Shown here: positions 48,092 to 58,474 of the stretch, piece by piece | Layout of the letters: every line of letters starts with the position of its first letter | How positions within the stretch are numbered: position 1 is the stretch's first letter | Assembly (NCBI GenBank): GCA_965214835.1 | Contig: CBDCCK010000002.1 | Span: 1,152,001-1,216,000, forward strand | Source: Nitrosopumilaceae archaeon | Lineage (GTDB): Archaea; Thermoproteota; Nitrososphaeria; Nitrososphaerales; Nitrosopumilaceae | Reading direction: 5' to 3' | Length of the DNA stretch: 64,000 bases | The notes under the pieces: model-generated | Told to the model about the DNA's origin: nothing | What the model saw: the letters and a program-made list of their open reading frames with translations, nothing else | The model's database searches: none | Translations under genes and position numbers: made by a program

Positions 48092-48694
48092 ATGCTCAGA
48101 AAAATAAAGGCGGGGCAAAAACTCACCGGCGCCATCGCTGGCCGGATCGACCCTTTGATGGCCTTTGCAGGCCTGCTTGCCGTGCTTGGCACCGTGGTCG
48201 TCCTGTCAGGCGGCGTGTGGGATGCCGTCTCCCACATTTCCAACGAGCCGGAGTCTTTCTGGACGGTACAGCACCTGGTCGTGTACCTTGGGGTTGCAGC
48301 GTCATCGGCTGCCGCCCTCGTTGCACTTGCCGTGTCCAGGGCAGCCCTCCCGCGCCGGTTTTCGGCGGGGGTCAAGATACTGGCTGTCGGCGCCGCCTTG
48401 CAGGCCGTCTCCGGATTCGGCGACTCTGTATCCCATGATGTTTTTGGCATAGATGGGCTGGTGTCTCTCTCCCACCAGCCCCTTGAGCTGGGCCTGGTAC
48501 TCGTCTCACTGGCCGGACTTTTGATTTTAAAAAACCTTCAAAGCAGGCACGCCAGGAGGCTGATCCCGTTTTCAATCGCGTCATTTATCATAGCTGCCAT
48601 GTGGCTGGGATTCAACCTAGTGCTGCTTGTCGGAGGCACCCTGATGTGCCTGCCCGTCTATGAGGCGTTCTCATCAGGCTGTGCCATACTATAG
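48092..48694 (+). CDS. Membrane protein of unknown function
   Basis: Multi-TM; repeated WD..SH....E.FW..QH / D..SH..FG.D..SLSH pattern; start ATG 48092. Confidence 0.7.
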   Translation: MLRKIKAGQKLTGAIAGRIDPLMAFAGLLAVLGTVVVLSGGVWDAVSHISNEPESFWTVQHLVVYLGVAASSAAALVALAVSRAALPRRFSAGVKILAVGAALQAVSGFGDSVSHDVFGIDGLVSLSHQPLELGLVLVSLAGLLILKNLQSRHARRLIPFSIASFIIAAMWLGFNLVLLVGGTLMCLPVYEAFSSGCAIL

Positions 48695-49149
48695 TCCCTC
48701 AATCTCCTGTACGATGCAACAACTACCAAAATGACTCCGGCAAGAATCATGATTCCCGGATACCGCAGTTTTTCTGCACCGGTCTGGCCGTACTCTACCT
48801 CAAAATATACCGCATTGCTTGAAAGGTTTGTCGCCTTGACGGAGAAAACGCCGTCCTGTTCGATATCAAAATAGTTTATCGCCATCCTGGTCTCTACCTT
48901 CTTGTCCGCAATGATGTTCTCGCCGGGATCTATGACCTGAACAAATATCGGCTCTCCCCCGAAATTCGGAGAGTAAACCCTGAAGAATCCAATGTCCCCT
49001 GCCTCCAAGTACTGCTCGCTGGATCCCGTTTGGGCGATATCCAGTATGAACGACTCTGTGGTCTTTTGAGCCCCCGCAAACAGGAATGCAGTAACCCCTA
49101 TTCCCATGACTGTGACTGCCAGTCCAAGCCTGAATAGCGTAAGGCGCAT
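48658..49149 (-). CDS. Membrane-anchored hypothetical protein
   Basis: N- and C-terminal TM helices around a beta-rich domain. Confidence 0.7.
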   Translation of the reverse strand: MRLTLFRLGLAVTVMGIGVTAFLFAGAQKTTESFILDIAQTGSSEQYLEAGDIGFFRVYSPNFGGEPIFVQVIDPGENIIADKKVETRMAINYFDIEQDGVFSVKATNLSSNAVYFEVEYGQTGAEKLRYPGIMILAGVILVVVASYRRLRDYSMAQPDENAS

Positions 49150-49207
49150 AGCCCGAGTGTGCAGCCTGCCCCATTAAAATTCTAAAGCTGAAGGAAGGTT
49201 GATTCAA

Positions 49208-49282
49208 AGGGCTCGGAGGGCTTCGATCCCTCGACCTGGCGGTCCGAAGCCGCCCGCACTATCCTGACTGTGCTACGAGTCC
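49208..49282 (-). tRNA. tRNA-Arg(TCG)
   Basis: GGACTCG...GGCGG CT TCG GA CCGCC...GAGGG ATCGAAG CCCTC CGAGCCC cloverleaf; no intron, no encoded CCA. Confidence 0.92.
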
Positions 49283-49733
49283 AATCAAGTAAGAATTTGA
49301 CGGGCCTAAATACCTGTCTGGTCGCACAGTCATCCGGGGCGTGCCCCCCGGAGGTACCGGCAGAGGGGGGGGGGCCTTTTGGCGGCAGCCTTGTCACTGC
49401 AAGGGCATGTAGGGGAGGTCATGGCGCATGACATGATCGCATGGCCTTGTATTTCCTGGCAGTGGGCGTCGCTGACACTGCATCTGTGTTGAAAACAGCC
49501 TTGAGATGATGACCGGCGGCCCTGTTACTTGGGCGAATCAGCACACGCCAGAGCCGTATCCTCCACGACCATGGGCCGTAGACTCGGAGTCAAGCCCAGA
49601 ACCCCCTGAGGCTTCGCTCGGGTGCATGCTGCCAGTCATGAGTTCTTGAAGATCATATGCCTGCCTGTGGGGCGTCTGACCGTGAAATGTTTCAAGAGCC
49701 CCTGCCTGCCAGCATGCTGCCATTGTACCGGGA

Positions 49734-51253
49734 GTAAGAGTTTACCCCTCAGGCGACGCTGCCAGTCAGGGTCTTGACGACCATCTCCCTCACGCCGCAT
49801 CCCCGGGCGCGCCAGTTCATCGCGCATGTCATCAGTACGGTGAACATCTCCATGCCTTCCATGGTACGGAGTCCCTGGAATATCTTGCGTGCAATTACGG
49901 ACGGCCTCAGCATGCGCTCGGCCAGGTTGTTGGTGGGCTCCATGCCCGGGTATAGCACGAACGTGTACAGGTATTCCGAGGCGTTCCCAAGCTTTGTGGC
50001 AAAGCTCTCGCATCCGGCCTCCCTGCCGAATGCCTCGGCCAGCCCGCGCGTTTCTGCCACCAGCATGTCGTGCTGGGCGGCGCCCTCCGGTGGCCCCAGC
50101 CCCTTGGCATGGATAAACTTTTTCTTGAGGGCCACATACAGCGCGTGGGCCTGCCGGGAAACCTTGCCGGCCTCCCTGGCCTCCCGGAGTATGTGGGCCC
50201 AGCACCACTGCCTGATCTTGAATGCGGCGTATACGCCGTACCCGTCGACTGTGACCGGTTTGTCATAATATGGAAAGTTCATGTCAACTACGGCCCTGCC
50301 CCTGCTGGGTGCGGCCAGCGTGTGGATCCCGGTGACGGTGCCGTCACCTTTTCTTCCCACGACCACCCATATGCGGGCCGTCCTGCCGTTGTATGGCATG
50401 GCAGTCTCGTCAATATGCAGATAATCAGAATCCCTGATGGCTTGCTTGATGCTCTCTACGCCGGGCTTTATCGCATTGGCGCCGGCCCTCAGGCACTGCA
50501 GCACGCCTGCCTCTGAGACGTCCATGCCCAGGATCTCAGAGCACAGCGTGGCCGTGGCCTGTATGGAGGCAGGTGCCACGTGTATTGCAGTCATCATCCC
50601 CGTGATGTTTGGTCCAAATTCTGTTCCCGGCACGTTCCATGACCTGTCGTCCTCGACGGACTCGTGGCCGCAGTCGGCGCATTTGCGCCTGTATGCGGTG
50701 TGCTGTGTCGTGACCGGCTCGGGCCTCCTAGGGGTCTCGGTCACAAGCTTGGAGAACATCTTTTCGGGCTTTTTCATGTTGGTGCCGCCGCACTTGCCGC
50801 ACTTTTTGGGGCAGTGCTTTACAAACTCGGTCGGCTTTCTCTTGTGTGATACCCCCTCGTGTTCCGATTTGCGGCCCGGTTTTGCCTTTGCAGGTGCGGG
50901 CACGCCGCCTGATGCCTTTGCGGCGGCGGCCTTTTTCTGCCTGGTCGGAATCGAGTTCTGCGAGGAGGGGGTGTGCGGGTTTTCGTAATATTTGATGTGC
51001 TGTCTGAGCTGCAGGTTTTCTGCCTCCAGCATCGCGATTCGTGCCATGGCCTCGGCCAGCTGTGTGGCCAGCTCCCCGTTTCTTGTGGCAAACTCCCTTT
51101 TCATCTTGCCAATCTCCGCTATGAGGCGGGCTATCTCGTCGCGCAGTATCTTGACCTCCGAGCCTGATGACATGCGTTTTTCTAGGTAATGCTATCTTAT
51201 AGATCGGGTGGTCAGGAAGAATTCACCAAGTAGGTGAAGGGGTAAACTCATAC
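49734..51253 (-). mobile_element. IS66 family element; transposase ORF 49749-51173
   Basis: TIRs GTAWGAGTTTACCCCT, 9-bp DR GTACCGGGA; close paralog of 33931-35580. Confidence 0.94.
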
Positions 51254-51499
51254 GTACCGGGAGCCCACAAGGCCTAAAATGCAACACACCCTGCAGTACT
51301 TGAGCTCCAGTCAGGCGGTGCTGGCATTGTGCCTGCCTTTTTTCAATTAACAGCAAAAAATTCCCGGAGGCCAGATCCGGACTTTAAGACATGTTCTGGT
51401 TCATGGCGGTGCGGACGGCCGCATGCGAGCCTGCATGATGCCCAATGGGCTGTTTCGAATTTGGAACCGTTTTATGGGGCACTTTTGGGAGGACTTGCA

Positions 51500-52675
51500 T
51501 TGAAGATCTCAAAAAAGGTGGCCGGCGTCGAGTATGCGATTCGAGACATCGTGTCTGCTGCCAGGAGACTTGAGGCGCAGGGAAGGCGCGTCGACTATCT
51601 AAATATCGGCGATCCCGTCCAGTTCGGGTTTCAGCCACCTGACAACGTAAGGCAGGCCCTGATAGATGCAGTCAACGGGGGCCAGAACTACTATTCCCCG
51701 TCCGAGGGGCTTCCCGAGCTGTGTGGGGCAATAGCCGACAAGGAGAACCAAAAGGGACTCTCGATCTCAGGCGACGACGTTCTAGTCACCAACGGCGTCT
51801 CTGAGGCACTTGACATGGTAATTGCCTCCGTAGTCGAGGAGGGCGACGAGGTTCTCCTCCCGGGGCCCTACTATCCGCCATATGCGTCCTATGTAAGGCT
51901 GCACGGCGGGGTTCCCGTCGAGTTCGGGGTGGATCTTGACAACTCGACGCCGGATCTTGACGATATCAGATCAAAGATCACGCCCAGGACCGTGGCAATA
52001 TGCCTGATCAGCCCCAACAATCCCACCGGTGTCGTATTCAGCGAGGGCTCACTCAGGGATCTGGTGGATATTGCCAACGAGCACGGCCTGTACGTCATCT
52101 GCGATGAAATCTATGACCAGATAATCTATGATGAAAGGTTCTTCGGAATAGGGCGGGCCGCCGGGGACTCTCCGGTAATAATACTGAACGGGTTCTCAAA
52201 GGTCCACCTGATGACGGGCTGGAGGATAGGGTACGTCGCATTCAACCGGTCCGCACAGCTTGAACCCTTAAAGGAGCACCTTCCCAAGCTTGCCAGGGTC
52301 AGGATCTCGACTAGCACGCCCGTCCAGCATGCGGCCCTAGAGTCGCTGCGCGGGCCGCAGGACTATGTGAAAAAATTCGTCTCCGAGCTGAAGACAAGGC
52401 GCGACTTTGTGGTGGGGCGGCTAAACGAGATTCCCGGACTGTCCTGCCCGCTGCCACGCGGTGCGTTCTACGCGTTTCCAAGGATTGAGAAGAATCCCTG
52501 CCGGTCTGATTACGAGTTTGTCCTCAAACTGCTCGAGTCCAAGGGCGTCCTTGCCGTCCACGGCTCCGGGTTCGGAACCGCCTACGGCAGCGGGCACTTT
52601 AGGCTTGTATTTTTGCCTGCAATGCAGACCCTAGAGTCTGCACTGGCAAAGATCGACGACTTTATGCGTCAGTAG
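51500..52675 (+). CDS. Class I/II PLP aminotransferase (AlaAT/AspAT-like)
   Basis: LNIGDP, TNGVSE, SPNNPTG, DEIYD, GFSKVHLMTGWRIGY; start TTG 51500. Confidence 0.92.
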   Translation: MKISKKVAGVEYAIRDIVSAARRLEAQGRRVDYLNIGDPVQFGFQPPDNVRQALIDAVNGGQNYYSPSEGLPELCGAIADKENQKGLSISGDDVLVTNGVSEALDMVIASVVEEGDEVLLPGPYYPPYASYVRLHGGVPVEFGVDLDNSTPDLDDIRSKITPRTVAICLISPNNPTGVVFSEGSLRDLVDIANEHGLYVICDEIYDQIIYDERFFGIGRAAGDSPVIILNGFSKVHLMTGWRIGYVAFNRSAQLEPLKEHLPKLARVRISTSTPVQHAALESLRGPQDYVKKFVSELKTRRDFVVGRLNEIPGLSCPLPRGAFYAFPRIEKNPCRSDYEFVLKLLESKGVLAVHGSGFGTAYGSGHFRLVFLPAMQTLESALAKIDDFMRQ

Positions 52676-53067
52676 CTCCACTTGGAGATCCTTTCTGGCG
52701 TGATCTCGATGATGCAGTTGGTATCCTCTAGCAGCTCCCGGGCCGACCTGTCGTTCATGGTTTCAAAATAGCGCAAAAGAATCCTTGTTGCCAGCCTGGC
52801 AACCCGGCCGCCTTGCAGGATGAGGCTGGCCCTGCCCCGGCCCGTCACCCCGCAGATGTCAGGGGAGTTTATGCCGACATCCACACAGAATGCGACCCTG
52901 TCGTTTTTTTGCAGGTTTTTAGCCTTGACCGTCCGCAGGTTGGTCCCTATGTAGATTTTTTTCCGGCTGTACATGTACCATACCGGCACGATGTGCGGGG
53001 TGCCTTTCGGGCCGATTGTGGCCAGCCGCAGGATCTTCTGCTCCTTAAGGAATCTTGCTGCCGTCAT
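52669..53067 (-). CDS. Pyridoxamine 5'-phosphate oxidase-like (split barrel, possibly F420-binding) protein
   Basis: RLATIGPKGTPHIVPVWY, KAKNL..NDRVAFCVD. Confidence 0.85.
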   Translation of the reverse strand: MTAARFLKEQKILRLATIGPKGTPHIVPVWYMYSRKKIYIGTNLRTVKAKNLQKNDRVAFCVDVGINSPDICGVTGRGRASLILQGGRVARLATRILLRYFETMNDRSARELLEDTNCIIEITPERISKWSY

Positions 53068-53284
53068 ACCTGAACAGTCCCTTTGCCATCAGCACGCCCC
53101 CCGCGCCGATCATGATCATCGAAATCTTCTCGTTTGTAAACTCCTGATTCGTCAGAAAGTCCAGCACAAACTCGGGCCCCCACAGGATCAGCTGCCGCAC
53201 CATTACGATTGCCGCCATTATCACAAACATGGCGCCCATTGCCGTGTACCAGTTCCTGCCCCTCCTGTTGTAGATGCGGCTCAT
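53045..53284 (-). CDS. Small membrane protein
   Basis: Two hydrophobic helices; operon-like spacing. Confidence 0.65.
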   Translation of the reverse strand: MSRIYNRRGRNWYTAMGAMFVIMAAIVMVRQLILWGPEFVLDFLTNQEFTNEKISMIMIGAGGVLMAKGLFRYDGSKIP

Positions 53285-53288
53285 GGGC

Positions 53289-53960
53289 CTATACTATCTT
53301 GATGCCCGGGTTCTTTATCCCGTTTCTGATCATGGCGTTTAGCAGCAGCGGCGTTGCAATCTCTGCCATGTATGACAGCGAGCCCGGGCCCAGATGGATG
53401 GGGCGCAGTCCCCTGATCTCCCTTATCAGGCCGTCTACCACTCCGACTGCCTCGCTGCCGTCCCCGCAGACAAAAATGTCATAGTCAAGCGCAAGATCCG
53501 GGTTTGCCAGCTTTTTCTCCGAGATAACGTGAAACGCAGAGACGAGGTTTGCCCTGTTCTTCATGTATTTCTCCACCATCTGGTGGGCAAACGGCCTTGC
53601 CTCCTTTATGGGAATGAACTCAAAGCCCGCGTCCGTTTTTGTCATCGGCACGATCGGCGATACCACCACGCAGTCCTCCCTTGCAAGCGGCAGCAGCTCC
53701 GAGCAGGTCGAGTCGATGTTCTCATAGGCTATCGAGAGAACCAGCACGTCGCTTTGTCTTGCGACCGACGCGTTGTCGCCTCCGGTTATGGTTCCGTTTA
53801 TATCTCCAAACGCCTTGCTGGCCAGCCTGGAATACTCCTCCGCGGCAGCCGAGGCCCTTGCCGCATCCCTAGAGCCGACAATTATATCGTTGTTGAGGCA
53901 CCACCTGAGGGAAAACCCCCTTCCCATTCCTCCCGTCCCGCCAATAATTCCAATCTTCAC
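53289..53960 (-). CDS. fno: F420H2:NADP+ oxidoreductase
   Basis: KIGIIGGTGGMGRG, VGSRD, VSAFH, DIFVCGD, TPLLLN; start GTG 53960. Confidence 0.88.
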   Translation of the reverse strand: MKIGIIGGTGGMGRGFSLRWCLNNDIIVGSRDAARASAAAEEYSRLASKAFGDINGTITGGDNASVARQSDVLVLSIAYENIDSTCSELLPLAREDCVVVSPIVPMTKTDAGFEFIPIKEARPFAHQMVEKYMKNRANLVSAFHVISEKKLANPDLALDYDIFVCGDGSEAVGVVDGLIREIRGLRPIHLGPGSLSYMAEIATPLLLNAMIRNGIKNPGIKIV

Positions 53961-54012
53961 AGGATCCACTCTGACAATGTTATTATTATCTCTATTTGAC
54001 TTTACAGGCAGT

Positions 54013-54636
54013 TTGGGATCCATAATATTCCTCAGACACGGCCAGGCCGAGAACAACGCAAAGCGCATCTTGGCAGGCAGAACCGGCGGCGTTCCGCTGA
54101 CCGATACGGGAAAGAATCAGGCCCGGGGGGCAGCCGAGTTCCTGGAGCATCTGGACATATCTGCCATATACTCGAGCCCGATTGAGAGGGCGCAGGACAC
54201 CGCAGAGATCGTTGCAGGGCACAACTCCCTGGACGTGAGGACCGATGAGCGATTAATCGAGCTTGAGATGGGCAGGTTTACGGGCATGGGATATGACGAT
54301 GTATTATCAAACCACGGGGACGTATTTTTGAAGTTCTACCAGGGGAGCCGGGAGGTTGCAGAGAACGGCGTTGAGACCTTTGATCAGGTAAAATCCAGGG
54401 TCAGGGACGTGGTAGGACATGTCTCAAGGGAGCATCCCGGTCAGAACGTGGTCCTGGTCACCCACATGGATCCAATCAAGGCCATGCTGTCTACCGTAAT
54501 CGATCCTAGTCCGAATGTACTTTTTGAGCTGATAATCGCAACCGCATCGCTGAACATCTTTAGGGAAAGCAACGCAAAGTTTTCACTGTCTGCAATTAAC
54601 CTGATGCATCCGTCAAGATTCGATCAGGCCTGGTAG
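54013..54636 (+). CDS. Histidine phosphatase (phosphoglycerate mutase) family protein
   Basis: LRHGQAENN, YSSPIERA, RLIE, LVTHMD; start TTG 54013. Confidence 0.9.
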   Translation: MGSIIFLRHGQAENNAKRILAGRTGGVPLTDTGKNQARGAAEFLEHLDISAIYSSPIERAQDTAEIVAGHNSLDVRTDERLIELEMGRFTGMGYDDVLSNHGDVFLKFYQGSREVAENGVETFDQVKSRVRDVVGHVSREHPGQNVVLVTHMDPIKAMLSTVIDPSPNVLFELIIATASLNIFRESNAKFSLSAINLMHPSRFDQAW

Positions 54637-54790
54637 CGGAAAATCTAAGAGTTTGCCCGACCCGAAAATACGGCGCGGGGCGCACGCTGATCAGGGCCTT
54701 GGCCGGCAGTGTTGCCTAGGGGGCAAACTCTTACCGGAAAATCTTCAAAACCCTTAAATAGAATTTGCAGGCCACGACAAACTAACCGTA

Positions 54791-55051
54791 ATGAGGCGTA
54801 TAATCGTACTATTCCTAGTGTTGACAGTAATGATTGCAATGCCGTCCGTACAGATGGCGTTTGCTGCAGGCGACAATCCGGGCGAATACCTGGATCGACG
54901 CGTTGAGATCTGGAACCTGTTCTTCAGGATGATGACAGTTGCATTTACCGTGGGCGCCGTAGTATCTGGTACCATGGTCTGGCAGATCTGGAGGTTCAGA
55001 GAATCAAACCCAAAGGCAAGGCCGACCGAATACGAGGGTAAGGACTGGTAG
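54791..55051 (+). CDS. Small membrane protein resembling the N-terminal helix of heme-copper oxidase subunit II
   Basis: Signal-like N-terminus, then IWNLF...WQIWRFRES helix; 2 bp before coxB. Confidence 0.65.
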   Translation: MRRIIVLFLVLTVMIAMPSVQMAFAAGDNPGEYLDRRVEIWNLFFRMMTVAFTVGAVVSGTMVWQIWRFRESNPKARPTEYEGKDW

Positions 55052-55053
55052 GC

Positions 55054-55485
55054 ATGGGCGGACACTCCAACTGGCCAGAATGGGTATACATAGGCGTAGT
55101 CGTTGCGATTCTGTGCTGGGTCGGCGCCGAGGCCTGGAACGTGGAGAGGATTGTAGAGCATGTGCCGGAGGATGCCGAGACCATCAAGGTCGTCGGACAG
55201 CAGTGGTTCTGGACATTCGAGCACGAGGACGGCACCAAGGAGCTGGGCGAGCTTCATGTAGAGGTGGGCAAGGCATACAAGTTTGAGATCACCTCTACGG
55301 ACGTCAACCACTCCTTTAACATTCATGACTATGTGGTATTGCTTGACGCGATTCCGGGCAGGACCAACACCGTATGGTTTGCCCCGATGGAGGCAGGCGA
55401 GCATGACATCCAGTGCAGGGAGTACTGCGGACTCATTCACTATAACATGCGCGGCAAGGTAATCGTGGAGGATCCACACGTATGA
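55054..55485 (+). CDS. coxB: Heme-copper oxidase subunit II
   Basis: GQQWFW, DVNHSF, DAIPG, CuA motif CREYCGLIHYNM. Confidence 0.95.
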   Translation: MGGHSNWPEWVYIGVVVAILCWVGAEAWNVERIVEHVPEDAETIKVVGQQWFWTFEHEDGTKELGELHVEVGKAYKFEITSTDVNHSFNIHDYVVLLDAIPGRTNTVWFAPMEAGEHDIQCREYCGLIHYNMRGKVIVEDPHV

Positions 55486-55537
55486 GAACAATTTTAAGCA
55501 GACCGGAAGGTTTGCAGTCCGGGGAGGTTTTGCTTAC

Positions 55538-57064
55538 ATGGTGCTAGAACTACAAAGGCCAAGGCCTGTCTGGCAGATCATGTTCTCCACCCACCATACC
55601 GACGTGGGCCTGCTCTACCTCATCACGTCCCTGGCATTCCTGTTCATGGGAGGCGCCCTGGCCCTTGCAATCAGACTCGAGCTGTTCCTGCCGGGTTCAC
55701 AGTTCATTGCAGATTCCATGACCTTTAACAGGATCTTCACGGTTCATGGAACCACGCTGATCTTCCTGTTTATCATCCCGTTTGCGTCTGCAGTCGGCAA
55801 CTACTTTGTCCCGATCATGGTAAGGTACAAGGACATGGCATATCCCAAACTCAACGCCATCGCATTCTGGATGATTCCCCCGGCGGGGGCGCTCATCTGG
55901 CTGGGCTTTGCGGACTTTACGTGGTACGCAACGCCCCCCTATTCCATAATCAGCGCGCCGGGCCCTGCAGCGGACATGTGGATCTTCGGGCTGAAGATAC
56001 TTGGAATCTCGTCGATTCTGGGCTCGATCAACTTTATCGTTACAATCCTAAAATGCAAGCATCCCGACATGTCGATCGGCCAGGTTCCGCTGCTGGCGTG
56101 GTCCTTTCTGTCCTCATCGCTGATCATTCTCGTGGCGATTCCGACGTTTGCAGCAGCACTCCTGATGCTGCTTACAGACAGGCTGGGCGTCTCCGGGTTC
56201 TTCAACCCCGCCATGGGCGGGGATCCGATAGCGTATGCCCACCTGTTCTGGTTTACGTTCCACCCCGAGGTATACGTCCTGGTAATTCCGGCCATCGGCA
56301 TGATGTATGAGATCATACCGAGGTTCTCAAGAAAGCCGATCTACAGCACCAGCTCCGGAATCTTTGCATTCGTACTGCTCTCGATCGTGGGATTCTCGTC
56401 CTGGGCGCACCACATGTACGCCACAGGCATGTCCTTTACCGAAAAGACGGTATTCATGGTGGGCACGCTGGCGGCGGTTCCGGCATCTGCGATGCATGTC
56501 TTTAACTTCCTTGCCACCATGTGGAACGGCAGGATAAGGTTTGCAACGCCGATGATGTGGTCCGTCGGCGGCATAGCGCTGTTCTTCTCCGCAGGGGCAG
56601 GCGGCGTGGTCAACAGCGCAATGCCGCTGGACTTTGTAACCCATGACTCCTACTGGGTCGTGGGCCACTTTCACCTCTTCGTCATGGGAACAATCGCCTT
56701 TGGCTCGATAGGCTATGCATACTATATGTTCCCGTATGTGACGGGAAGGATGTACATGGAAAAGCTGGGAAACGTGCACTTTATCCTCTCGTTTGTAGGA
56801 ACGGTCCTGGTATTCTTCACCCAGCACGTCCTTGGCCTCTTTGGGATGCCGAGAAGAATCTACGACTATCCGGCCATCCCTGAATGGATTGCAATGAACC
56901 AGATAGCGACAATAGGGGCCATGCTGATCGGCATAAGCATGGCAATCTTCCTTGGCAACCTGATATACAGCTCTGCCAGAGGAAAGCCGGCAAACATGGA
57001 CGACCCGTGGGGACTGGGGGGAAGGTACTATTATCCGTACCAGTCAAAGAACCCGAGCCACTAG
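55538..57064 (+). CDS. coxA: Heme-copper oxidase subunit I
   Basis: TVHGT, HPEVY, WAHHM, GHFH, GMPRR. Confidence 0.97.
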   Translation: MVLELQRPRPVWQIMFSTHHTDVGLLYLITSLAFLFMGGALALAIRLELFLPGSQFIADSMTFNRIFTVHGTTLIFLFIIPFASAVGNYFVPIMVRYKDMAYPKLNAIAFWMIPPAGALIWLGFADFTWYATPPYSIISAPGPAADMWIFGLKILGISSILGSINFIVTILKCKHPDMSIGQVPLLAWSFLSSSLIILVAIPTFAAALLMLLTDRLGVSGFFNPAMGGDPIAYAHLFWFTFHPEVYVLVIPAIGMMYEIIPRFSRKPIYSTSSGIFAFVLLSIVGFSSWAHHMYATGMSFTEKTVFMVGTLAAVPASAMHVFNFLATMWNGRIRFATPMMWSVGGIALFFSAGAGGVVNSAMPLDFVTHDSYWVVGHFHLFVMGTIAFGSIGYAYYMFPYVTGRMYMEKLGNVHFILSFVGTVLVFFTQHVLGLFGMPRRIYDYPAIPEWIAMNQIATIGAMLIGISMAIFLGNLIYSSARGKPANMDDPWGLGGRYYYPYQSKNPSH

Positions 57065-57074
57065 GAGAGACAAG

Positions 57075-58028
57075 ATGAGCCAAGAACACGCCGAGCCAAT
57101 CTACAGGACAAGCCCTGCCCGCGTCGGCAAGATGATGGCAATCATGCTGGGGATATGCATCGTGGGTGGCGTGATATTCTTTGGAATGTGGGACTATTGG
57201 ATCTCCGAGGTTCCCCCCGTCGTCCAGAGCGGCACGGATGATCACGACGCCCCGGCACAGGCCACGGGTGAGACCATCAACGTATCGCTGTCCTTTGTAG
57301 AGTCTGACAACCTGCTCACCCTAGGATTCAATGCACTGCCAGGCGAGCCTGGCAGCAACCCGACCATTCACGCCAATGTAGGAGATGAGATTGTCTTTGA
57401 TGTGGTCAATGACGGAGTAACATTCCATGCATTTGGCGTTACCAGGGACGACGAGGGCTGGGAGGGGATCATTTCCGGAACCGAAATTGGCTCAGTAAAC
57501 AGCCCGCTGAGCGGCGGCGAGTCTGGAACATCAACGTTTGTCCCGACCGAGGCTGGCGAGTACTATTACATCTGTACGGTTGCCGGCCACAGGATACAGG
57601 GCATGGTGGGCACCATCGTTGTAGGCGAGGCAGACGCATCATCAAGCGTTGCAGCAGATCCCACCGGCGTGAGCCACGAGTTTGCACTGGACTTTGTAGA
57701 ATCTGATGATTTCCTAACCCTGGGATTCGACGCACTGCCAGGCCAGGACGGACACAATCCTGACTATGTGGTAAGCTCCGGCGACGAGGTCACCTTTACG
57801 GTAACCAATGCAGGAAAACTGCTCCACTCGTTTGGCGTGGTGGCCGCACCGGAGGACTTTGGAGGCTCGCTGTGGGACTCTGAGATCGGCTCGATGAACA
57901 ACCCACTCAGATCCGGCGAGTCCGGATCCGTTACGTTTACGGCAGGCGCGCCGGGCAATTACCACTATATCTGCACCGTCCCCGGACACGCACAGCAGGG
58001 CATGTCAGGATCATTTGTCGTAGAATAG
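57075..58028 (+). CDS. Membrane-anchored tandem blue-copper (cupredoxin) protein
   Basis: TM anchor plus two domains each with H...YICTV.GH...GM type-1 Cu ligands. Confidence 0.9.
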   Translation: MSQEHAEPIYRTSPARVGKMMAIMLGICIVGGVIFFGMWDYWISEVPPVVQSGTDDHDAPAQATGETINVSLSFVESDNLLTLGFNALPGEPGSNPTIHANVGDEIVFDVVNDGVTFHAFGVTRDDEGWEGIISGTEIGSVNSPLSGGESGTSTFVPTEAGEYYYICTVAGHRIQGMVGTIVVGEADASSSVAADPTGVSHEFALDFVESDDFLTLGFDALPGQDGHNPDYVVSSGDEVTFTVTNAGKLLHSFGVVAAPEDFGGSLWDSEIGSMNNPLRSGESGSVTFTAGAPGNYHYICTVPGHAQQGMSGSFVVE

Positions 58029-58030
58029 TA

Positions 58031-58474
58031 TTGATCCTAAAATACGCATCACTTGCAACCCTGATCGTACTGTATTCCCTGATGTTTCTTGGCGGATACA
58101 TATCTGCCGCAGGCCTAGGGCTGACATGCCCCGACTGGCCCCTCTGTCCCGACGGCCTGGTTCCAAGCGAGGAGTACCTGATAGAGTACATCCACAGGCT
58201 GGTTGCAGCAACGACGGGGGTTCTGGTACTGGCAATTACCGTGGGAAGCTGGCTTGCCAGGGACTCGCATGCTAAAATCAGGGCAACCAGCGTCCTGGCA
58301 TCCGTACTTGTGGTGACCCAGATAACGCTGGGCGCACTCGTCATTGATACAAAGCTTCACGCCGTCCTGGTCGCAATACACCTGGGCATCGGGATACTGC
58401 TGTTTGCAATGGTGCTGCTGACTACGATCTTTGCGTTCAGGCTGGGCAGGCCCCCCGCCGAGGCCGGGGCCTAG
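58031..58474 (+). CDS. ctaA: Heme A synthase, half-size CtaA-like
   Basis: GLTCPDWPLC, EYIHR, QITLG, IHL; 4 TM. Confidence 0.85.
   Translation: MILKYASLATLIVLYSLMFLGGYISAAGLGLTCPDWPLCPDGLVPSEEYLIEYIHRLVAATTGVLVLAITVGSWLARDSHAKIRATSVLASVLVVTQITLGALVIDTKLHAVLVAIHLGIGILLFAMVLLTTIFAFRLGRPPAEAGA

Noticed and set aside
49310-49730. Possible ncRNA or gene upstream of tRNA-Arg
   Set aside because: No recognisable RNA family motif or protein-like ORF; probably decayed sequence hit by IS66.
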